Shown piece by piece: positions 29,001 through 42,100 of a DNA stretch of 64,000 nucleotides. The translations under genes were made by a program, and so were the position numbers. How positions within the stretch are numbered: the stretch's first letter is position 1; each line of letters opens with the position of its first letter. The stretch comes from Macrostomum hystrix (Eukaryota; Animalia; Platyhelminthes). The DNA is taken from assembly GCA_950097015.1 (NCBI GenBank), contig CATNEN010000014.1, positions 558,001 to 622,000 on the forward strand. Direction: 5' to 3'. The notes below the pieces were generated by a model. The model had not been told where the DNA came from. It made no database searches and was given only the letters and a program-made list of their open reading frames with translations.

Positions 29001-29956
29001 TTGACATGGGCGAGCATCACGTTGCGGCACTGATCGATGAAGCGCTGCTGCCGCTCGTCCGACAGGTCTGGCCGCAATCCGTCCACGCCAGGCAAGATGT
29101 CCGATACGAATCCATCTCGCCGTTTTGTCTGAATCTCTGAGCTCACGGAGACTGTCAAGGCTTCCAGCGTCTGTTGAAGGTTCGCCTGAGCGTTTCCAAA
29201 GCCTGCCGCTATCCGCTCCAGCTGGCTGTCCATGGGTCGCTTCGCAAACAGCTGCGACATGATCTTGATCGGATCAACCAATGAAGGGCGGCCGAGGCCT
29301 AGGCCTGGATCCAGGGTGCGAGAGATGCCTTCCAGCGACAGCGGACCCTCACGGTTCAGGAAGGTGGAGTAAATGGCGAAGGCGGTCCGCTTCGACTGTT
29401 TGGGCTGCAGGCCGACGGTCTTCCAGTCGTCTGCCAGCCAGTCAAAGAACTGCGGGAGAAATCGGGTGGGACATCCACAATCACTTTGAGAAAGCCTATT
29501 TAAACAAATCAATAGAAACGATGCCGTCCCAATCTGCTCATAGCGGAGCTACTCACCACATAGTTGAGCGCCTTGTACCACTTGGCTTCCTTCCTGGCCA
29601 GCAGGCTGTGCAGGAAGACCAGCATGGCGGGCCGGAATCGCTTCATCTCAGCGTAGCTCGACAGGTAAGCCTTCAGAGTCTGCGGCATGGGGTGAAAATC
29701 AATGCAGCTCAAAATAAGGAATAGCGATAGGAACTCATGACCCTTGACTGAGAAGAGAAAAGAGACCTACGTTTAGCGCTTTTGTCATGCTCTGCGAGTC
29801 GGACGTTTCGCGGTTAAAATTGGGATCACCCGACATGAAAGATCCCATGCCGATCTCCGGCTCCTCCTCGTCATCTTCGTCCTCCTCTGTTGGGTGCAGG
29901 GGCCGTCCGCCTTCTGTCTGCAACTTCGAGTCGGTGGTGGCATTCGAACAATACAT
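20003..29956 (-). CDS. RhoGEF2: RGS-homology RhoGEF (RhoGEF2/LARG/p115 family): acidic motif, RH, C1, DH, PH, Pro-rich tail. Main exons ~29956-29771, 29679-29557, 29449-28721, 28390-28274, ~24440-24146, ~24060-23877, 23708-23165, 22954-22610, 22457-22236, 21985-21565, ~21466-21221, ~21152-20937, ~20850-20796, ~20408-20003.
   Basis: RH-like RPAMLVFLH...KRTAFAIYSTFLNREGPL. The C1 zinc finger H..CSAC..QGLRC..DC..SHGGC..C is completed across a phase-1 intron. DH-like HEVIFSSQSHLRALTLL...YCNN; PH-like LRLFVFTDFLLV. The 5' end and small internal exons between 24440 and 28274 are uncertain. Confidence 0.85.
20553..20657 (+). mobile_element. Degenerate head-only fragment of the same SINE-like family.
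   Basis: CGCGTTTGC...GGTCC...GATTCCGCGGCGAGGCC matches 27770-27820, and ATACAATTTATGCCCTTGAGG matches the 9290-9310 reverse complement. Confidence 0.5.
24538..26626. repeat. 80-bp tandem array, ~26 copies, in a RhoGEF intron.
   Basis: TAGTGGC(A/C)CT recurs every 80 bp from 24541. Confidence 0.97.
27008..27300. repeat. 15-bp repeat (TGTGAATCTGGGTTC).
   Basis: Direct reading. Confidence 0.95.
27762..28082 (+). mobile_element. SINE-like interspersed repeat, probably tRNA-derived, in a RhoGEF intron.
   Basis: The body matches 9075-9310 in reverse orientation (e.g. GAGGGCCAACCTCCAAGGCACAGTGAA, CCTGCGTACGGTATCTGT). It has a degenerate tRNA-like head with B-box-like GAGCTCGATTC at ~27797 and a simple-repeat tail TTATTATTCTTCTTC. 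Confidence 0.7.
28436..28695. repeat. 31-bp repeat, ~8 copies, in the intron that splits the C1 domain.
   Basis: CAATGAATCAAGA recurs every 31 bp. Confidence 0.95.
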
Positions 29957-30804
29957 TCTGCCATTCACATGAGAATGTGAACCAGACTCAGCTGACACTG
30001 AACGCCTGACCCATCAAAGTGACAAGTTCCGGATAACAAGAGCATAGCAAAAGTGCAAGAACTCACCACCGGAGCACTTCGCTGTTGCAACGACATGCTT
30101 CCGTCAGGCAGGACTGGGGCTGTACCAGAAGAACCAGGACACAGGAAGCAAGTTTATTAGACAGGCCAGTTATTACAAAACACAAATGCAGCAATTTCAG
30201 CGCTAACTTTTCAATTTTACGGCCGCCAGAGAAATTTGCAAGACATTGGAGAGAAAAGGAGAGGCAAGAGTCGGAGAAAAGAATGGAAGCAGTTCACTCA
30301 GCCAAAAACTGCAACGCACTGGGCTCTGTCTGCCTCCCTCCTCCCTCCCTCCCGGCCCAAGTACGCGGTGAAACAGTGGGGCCGGCAGTGGGGCTTGCGT
30401 GCTGGCTGATCAACACTGGCGGGGACGCGTACTTGCAGTGCTGGGCCATTCAAGTCCGCCCGGGGTGGCGGGTGACGCGCGGGCCAGCCACCTCTCCGCG
30501 CTGCACGTTGAAATTGCGACTGAGGTGGGCGCCCGGTTGTGGCCTGTCGCTCTGTCCCTGTCTCTCTGTAATTGCAGGACTGTCTCCTTGTCTCCTTCGC
30601 TTTGTCCAAACCAGCGGGCTCGCAGCAAACAGATTAGAAGGGTGCCAAGCCGCAGCAGAACCTTTCTAAGGCAATTTCGCAAGTCTGCATGTCTGCTTTC
30701 TGCTCAATTTACCCAGCTTTGCTAGCTGCATCTGGCCTCCAGATCACTGACTGACTGTGCAATCACAACCAAACAATGGATCTCCACTCACCTCTCTCAG
30801 TCAC

Positions 30805-32460
30805 TATCTCAGTCTCTCCCTCCTGCTCACTGTCTCTCACGGTCTCACCTACCTGCTCACTGTCTCTCACAGTCTCACCCTCCTGCTTACTGTCTCTCAC
30901 AGTCTCACCTACCTGCTCACTGTCTCTCACAGTCTCGCCTACCTGCTCACTGTCTCTCACAGTCTCACCTACCTGCTCACTATCTCTCACAGTCTCGCCC
31001 TCCTGCTCACTGTCTCACAGTCTCACCCTCCTGCTCACTGTCTCACAGTCTCACCTACCTGCTCACTGTCTCTCACAGTCTCACCCTCCTGCTCACTGTC
31101 TCTCACAGTCTCACCCTCCTGCTCACTGTCTCTCACAGTCTCACCCTCCTGCTCACTGTCTCTCACAGTCTCACCTACCTGCTCACTGTCTCTCACAGTC
31201 TCACCTACCTGCTCACTGTCTCTCACAGTCTCACCTACCTGCTCACTGTCTCTCACAGTCTCGCCTACCTGCTCACTGTCTCTCACAGTCTCACCTACCT
31301 GCTCACTATCTCTCACAGTCTCGCCCTCCTGCTCACTGTCTCACAGTCTCACCCTCCTGCTCACTGTCTCACAGTCTCACCTACCTGCTCACTGTCTCTC
31401 ACAGTCTCACCCTCCTGCTCACTGTCTCTCACAGTCTCACCCTCCTGCTCACTGTCTCTCACAGTCTCACCTACCTGCTCACTGTCTCTCACAGTCTCGC
31501 CCTCCTGCTCACTGTCTCACAGTCTCACCCTCCTGCTCACTGTCTCACAGTCTCACCTACCTGCTCACTGTCTCTCACAGTCTCACCCTCCTGCTCACTG
31601 TCTCTCACAGTCTCACCCTCCTGCTCACTGTCTCTCACAGTCTCACCTACCTGCTCACTGTCTCTCACAGTCTCACCTACCTGCTCACTGTCTCTCACAG
31701 TCTCACCTACCTGCTCACTGTCTCTCACAGTCTCGCCTACCTGCTCACTGTCTCTCACAGTCTCACCTACCTGCTCACTATCTCTCACAGTCTCGCCCTC
31801 CTGCTCACTGTCTCACAGTCTCACCCTCCTGCTCACTGTCTCACAGTCTCACCTACCTGCTCACTGTCTCTCACAGTCTCACCCTCCTGCTCACTGTCTC
31901 TCACAGTCTCACCCTCCTGCTCACTGTCTCTCACAGTCTCACCCTCCTGCTCACTGTCTCTCACAGTCTCACCTACCTGCTCACTGTCTCTCACAGTCTC
32001 ACCTACCTGCTCACTGTCTCTCACAGTCTCACCTACCTGCTCACTGTCTCTCACAGTCTCGCCTACCTGCTCACTGTCTCTCACAGTCTCACCTACCTGC
32101 TCACTATCTCTCACAGTCTCGCCCTCCTGCTCACTGTCTCACAGTCTCACCCTCCTGCTCACTGTCTCACAGTCTCACCTACCTGCTCACTGTCTCTCAC
32201 AGTCTCACCCTCCTGCTCACTGTCTCTCACAGTCTCACCCTCCTGCTCACTGTCTCTCACAGTCTCACCTACCTGCTCACTGTCTCTCACAGTCTCACCT
32301 ACCTGCTCACTGTCTCTCACAGTCTCACCCTCCTGCTCACTGTCTCACAGTGTCACCCACGTGCTCACTGTCTGACAGTCTCACCTACCTGCTCACTGTC
32401 TCTCACAGTGTCACCCACGTGCTCACTGTCTCACAGTCTCACCCACCTGCTCACTGTATC
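30805..32460. repeat. 28/30-bp minisatellite array with a 798-bp higher-order duplication.
   Basis: Unit AGTCTCACC(CT/TA)CCTGCTCACTGTC(TC)TCAC. Confidence 0.97.
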
Positions 32461-33103
32461 TCCATCTCATGCTTTAAGGGTTTGAGTGTGGATTCTAAAT
32501 TTCGATAATCCATCGGTTTCACCAGAGCCCAGGGCCTGTGTCTCAGTTGTCAAGGAGCAATTCCAGGTGTTCACCGTAATTGCTTCATATCCGGAACAAA
32601 AGCCGGCTAAATGAAGATGGATCGCACACTCACATCGGTGTGAACAAAGGCGGGCCGCTCTCATGGCCCAGTCGGTCAGTTTTGCACAAAAGCTTGCGAT
32701 AGCGTAAAGAGGCTGAATCCAAACCAATCTGCGACCATTCAGATCTAGCGAGTCACCCAGTGCGCAAGTGTAATCTCTGAAGGTGATCGGCTGTGAAATT
32801 TCACTGATTAGAAATCTGATCGGATGATTCGGCAGCTTTGCCACATTGTCCGCGCTCAGTCGGCCGTGATCGCGGGTTCGATATCAGGCCGAGCGCAGCA
32901 ACGCCCCGGCGCTGAAGACGGCTCCGCAGCGCTTCAGCCCGTTGAGCTCCGCGAAGCCCGACCCCACCACTTTTTCCAAGAGCTCTTTTGCAGGAACAAT
33001 ATCTGAGGCCTGGTTGAAAAGCGAATCTGGGAGACCGCAGCCGGCAAGCAACTCATCCTCGCAGCTCTGAGTTTCTTCAACTAGCAGCGCATTCTCTGAG
33101 GCC

Positions 33104-33531
33104 ATGAAGACTTCGGCAGGCCGGGTGCTGCTCCTGCTGCTTCTGTGCGCGGCGGTCAGGCTGACGCCAGGCCAAGCTCCGCCAACGTCGATGGCCTCCT
33201 CTATGGTTGCGTCGGCTGCTGTAGGCCGGAAGTCTGCTCCCCCACTGGCGGCTGGTGACCTGCAAGATGCCGCTCCGTCCCAATGGGACGAAGAAGATTC
33301 TGAAGACGCCGAAGTTGGGGAAACAATCGACGCTGATAGTGAAGACGATCTGGACCGGCTGCGTCGCCGCGAATCTCCATCACCGTCAGCAAAGAGCGCC
33401 AGCGGCTGCGAGCTGTTGGCAGGCCGCAGTGTGAGACGCCGAATGTCTCGTGCGCAGCTGCGTCGCCTTCTGAGCCGCCTGGTGAAGGACCATCATGCCT
33501 TTCACCTGCCCGGCAAGCGATTTGGCGATAT

Positions 33532-33571
<40 letters not shown>

Positions 33572-33706
33572 AGCCGTCAGCTCTGTCGATACGGCAAGCG
33601 TGGCCAGTGGCGTCCATGCAGTCTGCACTACAAGCGGCTGCAGGGCCGGCGGCCCTACGCCTACCACTGGCCCATCATGAACATTCTGGGCGGTGCGCTG
33701 GGCTAG
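33104..33706 (+). CDS. Single-exon secreted neuropeptide/prohormone precursor (200 aa).
   Basis: Signal peptide (MKTSAGRVLLLLLLCAAVRL), acidic spacer, basic cleavage sites (RRR, RRR, KR, RR) and two GKR amidation/cleavage signals (HHAFHLP-GKR; LCRY-GKR). Confidence 0.8.
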
Positions 33707-33934
33707 CCACCGCATGGCTATCGTGTACCAACTGCGGATATGGTTTCCCGCTCCGAACTGAGCACCCTCCAGAACCATCTCATTGAAGGCTGATTAACGC
33801 TGATTCTCCAGCTCCGATTTTGATTTTGCATGGCCTATTCTCTACTTTGAGTTGCAAATTCAATCAATTGAATTTATTTATTTCTGAATGCCTCTTTTTT
33901 GATACCCAGATACCACTGCACTTGGAACCGAAAA

Positions 33935-34900
33935 ACCTCTGGAACTGATCCAACTTCTCTGGGACTGATCCAACCTCTCTGGAACTGATCCAACCTCTCT
34001 GGGATTGATCCAACCTCTCTGGGATTGATCCAACCTCTCTGGGACTGATCCAACCTCTCTGGGACTGATCCAACCTCTCTGGGACTGATCCAACCTCTCT
34101 GGAACTGATCCAACCCTTCTGGGACTGATCCAACCCTTCTGGGACTGATCCAACCTCTCTGCATGGGATTGATCCAACCTCTCTGGGATTGATCCAACCT
34201 CTCTGGGACTGATCCAACCTCTCTGGGACTGATCCAACCTCTCTGGGACTGATCCAACCTCTCTGGGACTGATCCAACCTCTCTGGAACTGATCCAACCT
34301 CTCTGGAACTGATCCAACCTCTCTGGGACTGATCCAACCCTTCTGGGACTGATCCAACCTCTCTGCATGGGATTGATCCAACCTCTCTGGGATTGATCCA
34401 ACCTCTCTGGGACTGATCCAACCTCTCTGGGACTGATCCAACCTCTCTGGGACTGATCCAACCTCTCTGGGACTGATCCAACCTCTCTGGGACTGATCCA
34501 ACCTCTCTGGGACTGATCCAACCTCTCTGGGACTGATCCAACCTCTCTGGGACTGATCCAACCTCTCTGGGACTGATCCAACCTCTCTGGGACTGATCCA
34601 ACCTCTCTGGGACTGATCCAACCTCTCTGGGACTGATCCAACCTCTCTGGGACTGATCCAACCTCTCTGGGACTGATCCAACCTCTCTGGGACTGATCCA
34701 ACCTCTCTGGGACTGATCCAACCTCTCTGGGACTGATCCAACCTCTCTGGGACTGATCCAACCTCTCTGGGACTGATCCGACCCTTTGGAACTGATCCAA
34801 CCTCTCTGGAACTGATCCAACCTCTCTGGAACTGATCTAACCCTTTGGAACTGATTCAACCTCTCTGGAACTGATCTAACCCTTTGGAACTGATTCAACC
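33935..34900. repeat. 20-bp repeat (GGGACTGATCCAACCTCTCT).
   Basis: Direct reading. Confidence 0.97.
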
Positions 34901-35199
34901 TTCGGGACGCAAATTGCAAAAACTGATCCTATAGCCTCAGCCTCAAGCATCTGTTCGAATAGTTGACAACACGTATCGCGATTCAAACCTGAGCAGAGGG
35001 GGCCCAAAATAGCAAAAACAATTTCAGCAAATGTACTGGCCTCACAAAAAGCAATAAGTGGCCACCGCAAAGCTTGATGGCATTGCTGAGTCGAATGTCT
35101 TCTAATTTTTTGTCTTTTATGAATTCACGTTAAAATTAGCTGCAGTTCAGAAGCATCCACTGCAGCTTGGGTGATGCACTCACTACCCTTATAGGCATA

Positions 35200-36135
35200 G
35201 ATCCCTGCTGTCCCAATACCGCATTCCCTGCTGTCCCAATACCGCATTCCCTGCTGTCACAGTACCGCATTCCCTGCTGTCCCAATACCGCATTCCCTGC
35301 TGTCACAGTACCGCATTCCCTGCTGTCACAGTACCGCATTCCCTGCTGTCACAGTACCGCATTCCCTGCTGTCACAGTACCGCATTCCCTGCTGTCCCAA
35401 TACCGCATTCCCTGCTGTCACAGTACCGCATTCCCTGCTGTCCCAATACCGCATTCCCTGCTGTCACAGTACCGCATTCCCTGCTGTCACAGTACCGCAT
35501 TCCCTGCTGTCACAGTACCGCATTCCCTGCTGTCACAGTACCGCATTCCCTGCTGTCCGAGCACACACACCCTGCTGTCACAGTACACATTCCCTGCTGT
35601 CACAGTACACATTCCCTGCTGTCCCAGTACCGCATTCCCTGCTGTCCGAGCACACACACCCTGCTGTCACAGTACACATTCCCTGCTGTCACAGTACACA
35701 TTCCCTGCTGTCCCAGTACCGCATTCCCTGCTGTCCCAATACCGCATTCCCTGCTGTCACAGTACCGCATTCCCTGCTGTCCGAGCACACACACCCTGCT
35801 GTCACAGTACACATTCCCTGCTGTCCCAGAACACATACCCTGCTGTCCGAGTACACATTCCCTGCTGTCCGAGTACACATACCCTGCTGTCCGAGTACAC
35901 ATTCCCTGCTGTCCGAGTACACATACCCTGCTGTCCGAGTACACATACCCTGCTGTCCGAGTACACATACCCTGCTGTCCCAGTACACATACCCTGCTGT
36001 CCGAGTACACATAACCTGCTGTCCGAGTACACATACCCTGCTGTCCCAGTACACATACCCTGCTGTCCGAGTACACATACCCTGCTGTCCGAGTACGGCA
36101 TTCCCTGCTATCCCAGTAATACATACCCTGCTTTC
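35200..36135. repeat. 23-bp repeat (CCCTGCTGTCACAGTACCGCATT and variants).
   Basis: Direct reading; the variant type changes gradually along the array. Confidence 0.95.
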
Positions 36136-36699
36136 ACAATTCCAGCAGAGATTCGCAAAAAAAAGAAAAAAGAAGCAACGCGGTGACACGTGGCGCTGTC
36201 CCGTGTTTATGGGAGTGCTGAGGCACTGATATGCCTATAATGCTGCTCCAATATTCATTAGCTATGATAAAACTGCTTCTATTAAGATGAGATTCCACGA
36301 AAAGTTAGGCGGTTGCAGTGCGTGCGTAATGGTTACTCAGTATTTGAATAGTGCTTATAATTACTGATACTAACAACTTTAATAAACAGTCAATCAACAG
36401 AAGCTATGGTGGACAAAATACCGCGAATGTGACGTTTAACTGACAAAGGTATGCTGTTCGTTGTAATGCAGTACAGCCTACGACTAGATAGGTGAATAAT
36501 AATAAGGAATAGAGTTTAACAATAGATAGTAAAAAGAATACAAGTGTTGATATAATCAAACCGATACACGCATGTAGCATTGGACCTAAATAACTTAGAC
36601 ATAGCTAATCAAACAGCTACGAGATTTCAAGCTATACCGAATGGAGGAATGCTATGGTCCGGCTCGTTGGGACTTGCTCTTTTGAGTCTATTTGACTGC

Positions 36700-38300
36700 T
36701 CAACATCCTGACCCAATCTATTGCTCATGAACTGAACTGTGACACGAGTGCCCAACATCCTGACCCAATCTATTGCTCATGAACTGAACTGTGACACGAG
36801 TGCCCAACATTCTGACCCAATCTATTGCTCATGAACTGAACTGTGACACGAGTGCTCAACATTCTGACCCAATCTATTGCTCATGAACTGAACTGTGACA
36901 CGAGTGCCCAACATCCTGACCCAATCTATTGCTCATGAACTGAACTGTGACACGAGTGCCCAACATTCTGACCCAATCTATTGCTCATGAACTGAACTGT
37001 GACACGAGTGCTCAACATTCTGACCCAATCTATTGCTCATGAACTGAACTGTGACACGAGTGCCCAACATTCTGACCCAATCTATTGCTCATGAACTGAA
37101 CTGTGACACGAGTGCCCAACATCCTGACTCAATCTATTGCTCATGAACTGAACTGTGACACGAGTGCCCAACATTCTGACCCAATCTATAGCTCATGAAC
37201 TGAACTGTGACACGAGTGCTCAACATCCTGACCCAATCTATTGCTCATGAACTGAACTGTGACACGAGTGCCCAACATTCTGACCCAATCTATTGCTCAT
37301 GAACTGAACTGTGACACGAGTGCCCAACATTCTGACCCAATCTATAGCTCATGAACTGAACTGTGACACGAGTGCTCAACATCCTGACCCAATCTATTGC
37401 TCATGAACTGAACTGTGACACGAGTGCCCAACATTCTGACCCAATCTATTGCTCATGAACTGAACTGTGACACGAGTGCCCAACATTCTGACCCAATCTA
37501 TTGCTCATGAACTGAACTGTGACACGAGTGCCCAACATCCTGACCCAATCCCAGGCTCATGAACTGAACTGTGACACGAGTGCTCAACATCCTGACCCAA
37601 TCTATTGCTCATGAACTGAACTGTGACACGAGTGCCCAACATTCTGACCCAATCTATTGCTCATGAACTGAACTGTGACACGAGTGCCCAACATCCTGAC
37701 CCAATCTATTGCTCATGAACTGAACTGTGACACGAGTGCCCAACATCCTGACCCAATCTATTGCTCATGAACTGAACTGTGACACGAGTGCCCAACATCC
37801 TGACCCAATCCCAGGCTCATGAACTGAACTGTGACACGAGTGCCCAACATCCTGACCCAATCTATTGCTCATGAACTGAACTGTGACACGAGTGCCCAAC
37901 ATCCTGACCCAATCCCAGGCTCATGAACTGAACTGTGACACGAGTGCCCAACATCCTGACCCAATCCCAGGCTCATGAACTGAACTGTGACACGAGTGCT
38001 CAACATCCTGACCCAATCTATTGCTCATGAACTGAACTGTGACACGAGTGCCCAACATTCTGACCCAATCTATTGCTCATGAACTGAACTGTGACACGAG
38101 TGCCCAACATCCTGACCCAATCTATTGCTCATGAACTGAACTGTGACACGAGTGCCCAACATCCTGACCCAATCTATTGCTCATGAACTGAACTGTGACA
38201 CGAGTGCCCAACATCCTGACCCAATCCCAGGCTCATGAACTGAACTGTGACACGAGTGCCCAACATCCTGACCCAGTCCCAGGCTGATGAACTGAACTGT
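36700..38300. repeat. 52-bp tandem array, ~31 copies.
   Basis: TTGCTCATGAACTGAACTGTGACACGAGTG recurs at 36721, 36773 and onward. Confidence 0.97.
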
Positions 38301-39148
38301 GATAGGGAAAAGCCCCAGTATGCATTGTTTAAATTTCATAGCAGTATAAGTGGACATGAGCCAGTGTAAAGCAGAGATAGTCTGAATCTCAGCATAGCTT
38401 GTGCACAAAAGTGCAAGAATTAATCGAGTGCGCATAAGTGAAAAGTTTGGGCTGGTGACCAGGTATTATGCAGATTATGCGGTGAGTGCGGCCCGTTGCC
38501 TGTGGATATTAGTCAACGGGCAAGCGAGAAATACCTGAATTGACTCAAACGGCTCTGCGGCCAGCGAATAAAAATCTGACGCTGTCATCAGGCCGGAGAC
38601 GTCGAGAATCACAAAAATTGAACAAGCTAACAAAAAACGGAAAAAAACGGCGACTAGAGAGGAATCGACTAAAGGGAGGGGACAGACAGACACAAGACAG
38701 GCAGACACAGGGCGGCGGCTTTGTCTATGGAGGAAAGGCTAGCTGTGCTCAAAAGCTGAGGCAGACTGCAAATAAAGACATAAGCTAATCAACAGGCAGG
38801 CAGTGACGGGAATGTCAGCTACCAACATTATGAATAATCGCTATTACAAGCGGCCTGAGGTGGTAGTGGCCGATAAATTCAGAAAAACGCGCCTAAAAGG
38901 AAAAACCTAGCCTCACTAATGACTAGATAAAAAATATAGCAAAAGTCTAAAGCAGCGATTTTTCAGCTAAACTAGAGCAGATCCCATCTGTGCTACACTG
39001 GAGACAGAAAATCCAATTGCCCCATTGAAATTCTCAGTTGTCACAACATATCCATTATCCCGCCGGCACAAACAGTCAATCATTAAAAGGGCTGCCACCA
39101 AATCTATGGCCGGACAGTTGCTGCTTCAACATACAGGCTCAGCTCCGC

Positions 39149-42100
39149 TCAGTAGGCCGGCGGCTGGAACTGGCCAGCGCCGCCGCCCATGTCGCCAGCG
39201 GCACCGAAGGGCGCCTGCTGGAAGCCTCCGGCGCCCGGAGCTCCGCCGCCCATGCCGCCGGTGGCCGAGTTGGCGCCGCCGCTGCCATCAGCTCCGCCGA
39301 TCTGGCTCTCGATCTGGCAGTACAGGGAAGCCCAGCGTTTTGCAGCTGCAATCTTTGGCTTCTAGCTGGTCTCCTAGTCCTTGATCCTCCAGCTAACAAC
39401 CTCGGATCCTCCAGCTAACAACCTCGGATCCTCCAGCTAACAACCTCGGATCCTCCAGCTAACAACCTCTGATCCTCCAGCTTAACAACCTCTGATCCTC
39501 CAGCTAACAACCTCTGATCCCCCAGCTAACAACCTCTGATGCTCCAGCTAACAACCTCTGATCCTCCAGACACCAACTCATGATCCTCCAGCCACCTAAT
39601 CATGATCCTCCAGCCACCAACTCATGATCCTCCAGCCATCTAATCATGATCCTCCAGCCACCAACTCATGATCCTCCAGCCACCAACTCATGATCCTCCA
39701 GCCACCAACTCATGATCCTCCAGCCACCAACTCATGATCCTCCAGCCACCAATTCATGATCCTCCAGCCACCTAATCATGATCCTTCAGCCACCAATTCA
39801 TGATCGTCCAGCCACCAAATCATGATCCTTCAGCCACCAATTCATGATCCTCCAGCCACCTAATCATGATCCTTCAGCCACCAATTCATGATCCTTCAGC
39901 CACCAAATCATGATCCTCCAGCCACCAATTCATGATCCTTCAGCCACCAATTCATGATCCTTCAGCCACCAATTCATGATCCTTCAGCCACCAATTCATG
40001 ATCCTTCAGCCACCAAATCATGATCCTCTACTCCTATTAGAGTGGCTCTAATCCTATTGCCACTACCCCCAGCTCAAGAAACTGACGGCTCAAACCTGGT
40101 CGGAGGTCTGGAAGGCGCCCTGAGCGCCCTGGCGGAACTTCTGGAAAGCAAAGAAGGCGAGGGCGGCGAAGCTGGCGATTGAGAAGAAGGAGAAGGCGAT
40201 GCTGGCGCGCACATTGGAGGCCTGCCAGGGCTTGACGTCGTACTCGTCAAAGAAGTCCTGCGAGGTGGTGGTCCACTTGTTAGTCAGGTAGCAGAAGGCC
40301 ACAAAGTAGAAAAAAGCCCAGGCGACTGCGGGATTTTATGTTTGAAGCAGACTACTAGATCAGTAGCGCAAATGGAGATTCATTAACAGAAGGAGTTAAA
40401 ACAAATTTTGCGGAGTCAATGTGCATTAACAAAGATAAATTTCGGCACGAAATCCAAACTCATTTGGAGGCTCAGACCTTGCAGTGATCAAATCAGATTT
40501 TTGTAACCCCTGAAATGCACAAACAGAGCCAGCCAGGCTCGCAGTGCCCAATTGTGGGCTGCTCACCTGAGAAGCCGAGGTCACCAATGACCAAATATTT
40601 GCGGTGCTGCACAGATGACAACTTTTCGAACAGCACGTCGCCTAGTAAGAACAGCAGGCAGGCAATGAAGGCAAACACGCCAACGAAGATGCCAAAGCCG
40701 CAGGCATTCTTGTCGCCATTCATAATGCATTTCTGCTCCACATAGCCACCGCTACTGATGCAGCCAAAGACAATCACGGCAAAGAACTGCAGTGAGGGAT
40801 CAGGCAGCTGGGTTAAAGGAGATATATCAAAACAAAATAAACAAACTTGAGTCAAAGAGAAGCCAAAAGCAATTGATTGTCTCAATAAGTCCATTACTAG
40901 AAGCTGTCTTTTGCTATATTATATATCAAAAATATATCCCTCTAATACCAAACACTTAGCTACTTAATCGTTATACCCATAGTTGCCACTGGCAAGCAAT
41001 GAAATATTAGCGCTGGATGAAAAACTTAGCGCAGCATTAGATAAATTGTTTAAAAAGTGAATAAACGGTAAAATTTATAAGCAGTAACCACAATTCCACA
41101 AAGCCCAGAGTTATCTTTCTTATTTAGCCAGTCTTTGTCCCATTTTGTGGCTCGGCCTTGTTGGTTTGGCTTCCACTTAGGCTTTGCTTTGGAACTCATG
41201 CCGGGTGCAAGCATCTATTCAATTAAATGGTCTCTTCTGTTGCTTTGGTTACTTTGTTGAAAAACAAGTTCTCTGTTCAAGTGATTAAATAAAGAGCTTT
41301 AGCGGGGCCATTTGGGTAGGACTGCAATTGGGCCAGGGGTGACCCTAGGCCTATATATACATTGAGGGTTTTGGCTTAGTCTCACCCTAGCCCAGGGAGG
41401 CATGGCATGACTAGGGTGAGATATATAGCGAGAGAGGTGGAGGTACAGAGCACAAGAGAGCACAAGAGGGGAAAGGGGAAAGGTTTGAAGTCAAACTGAT
41501 AAGGAGTAGCCACCTTGGGTAGAGGGACAGATAGACAAAGCAGTTATTAATAAATAACATGTAATGATGTTTACAGTGTATGTGTACTGTCCTTTTCGGT
41601 AATTCATTTCCTTCCCTTCCCTGGCTATTCTACATGAGATGAGTCTGAGGAAAGGAACTAATGTGAAATATACAATTTTGTATCATTTAGCGTACCATAG
41701 TCCGGATCATGCTGGACTTACGCCGGAGGAAAAATCCAACATTTTTTGGCACTTACGCCAGACTTACGCCAACCAAAAAAAGGTCCCTCTGACTTACGCC
41801 ACCCAAAAAAAGGTCCTTCACAATTCTTGTTAATCGGTGATTAATTATATTCAGAAGTTGCAACTGTTTAAAAATCTCACAAGTTACAAATTCTGAATCA
41901 AGTATCAAAGTAAGCATCTTAAAGCTAAAAAAACTTTTGCTATCCTACAATAGATATTCTGCTATCTCATTTATACGAACTGCAATATTTTAATGAACCT
42001 TGTTTTAATGCTGCTCCTTAACATCATAATTAACGCAAATGTGTTATGTTCTATAGTGATACATTTGATCGTGAATGATCTCATTTGTGCTAACATTTAC

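Noticed and set aside
32884-33105. 73-aa minus ORF starting from the same CATG as the neuropeptide ATG
   Set aside because: It is short with no motif or splice support. It is most likely the antisense of the precursor's 5' UTR.
30757-38435. Long repetitive ORFs (583, 569, 351, 339 aa and others)
   Set aside because: All lie within the 28/30-, 20-, 23- or 52-bp arrays.
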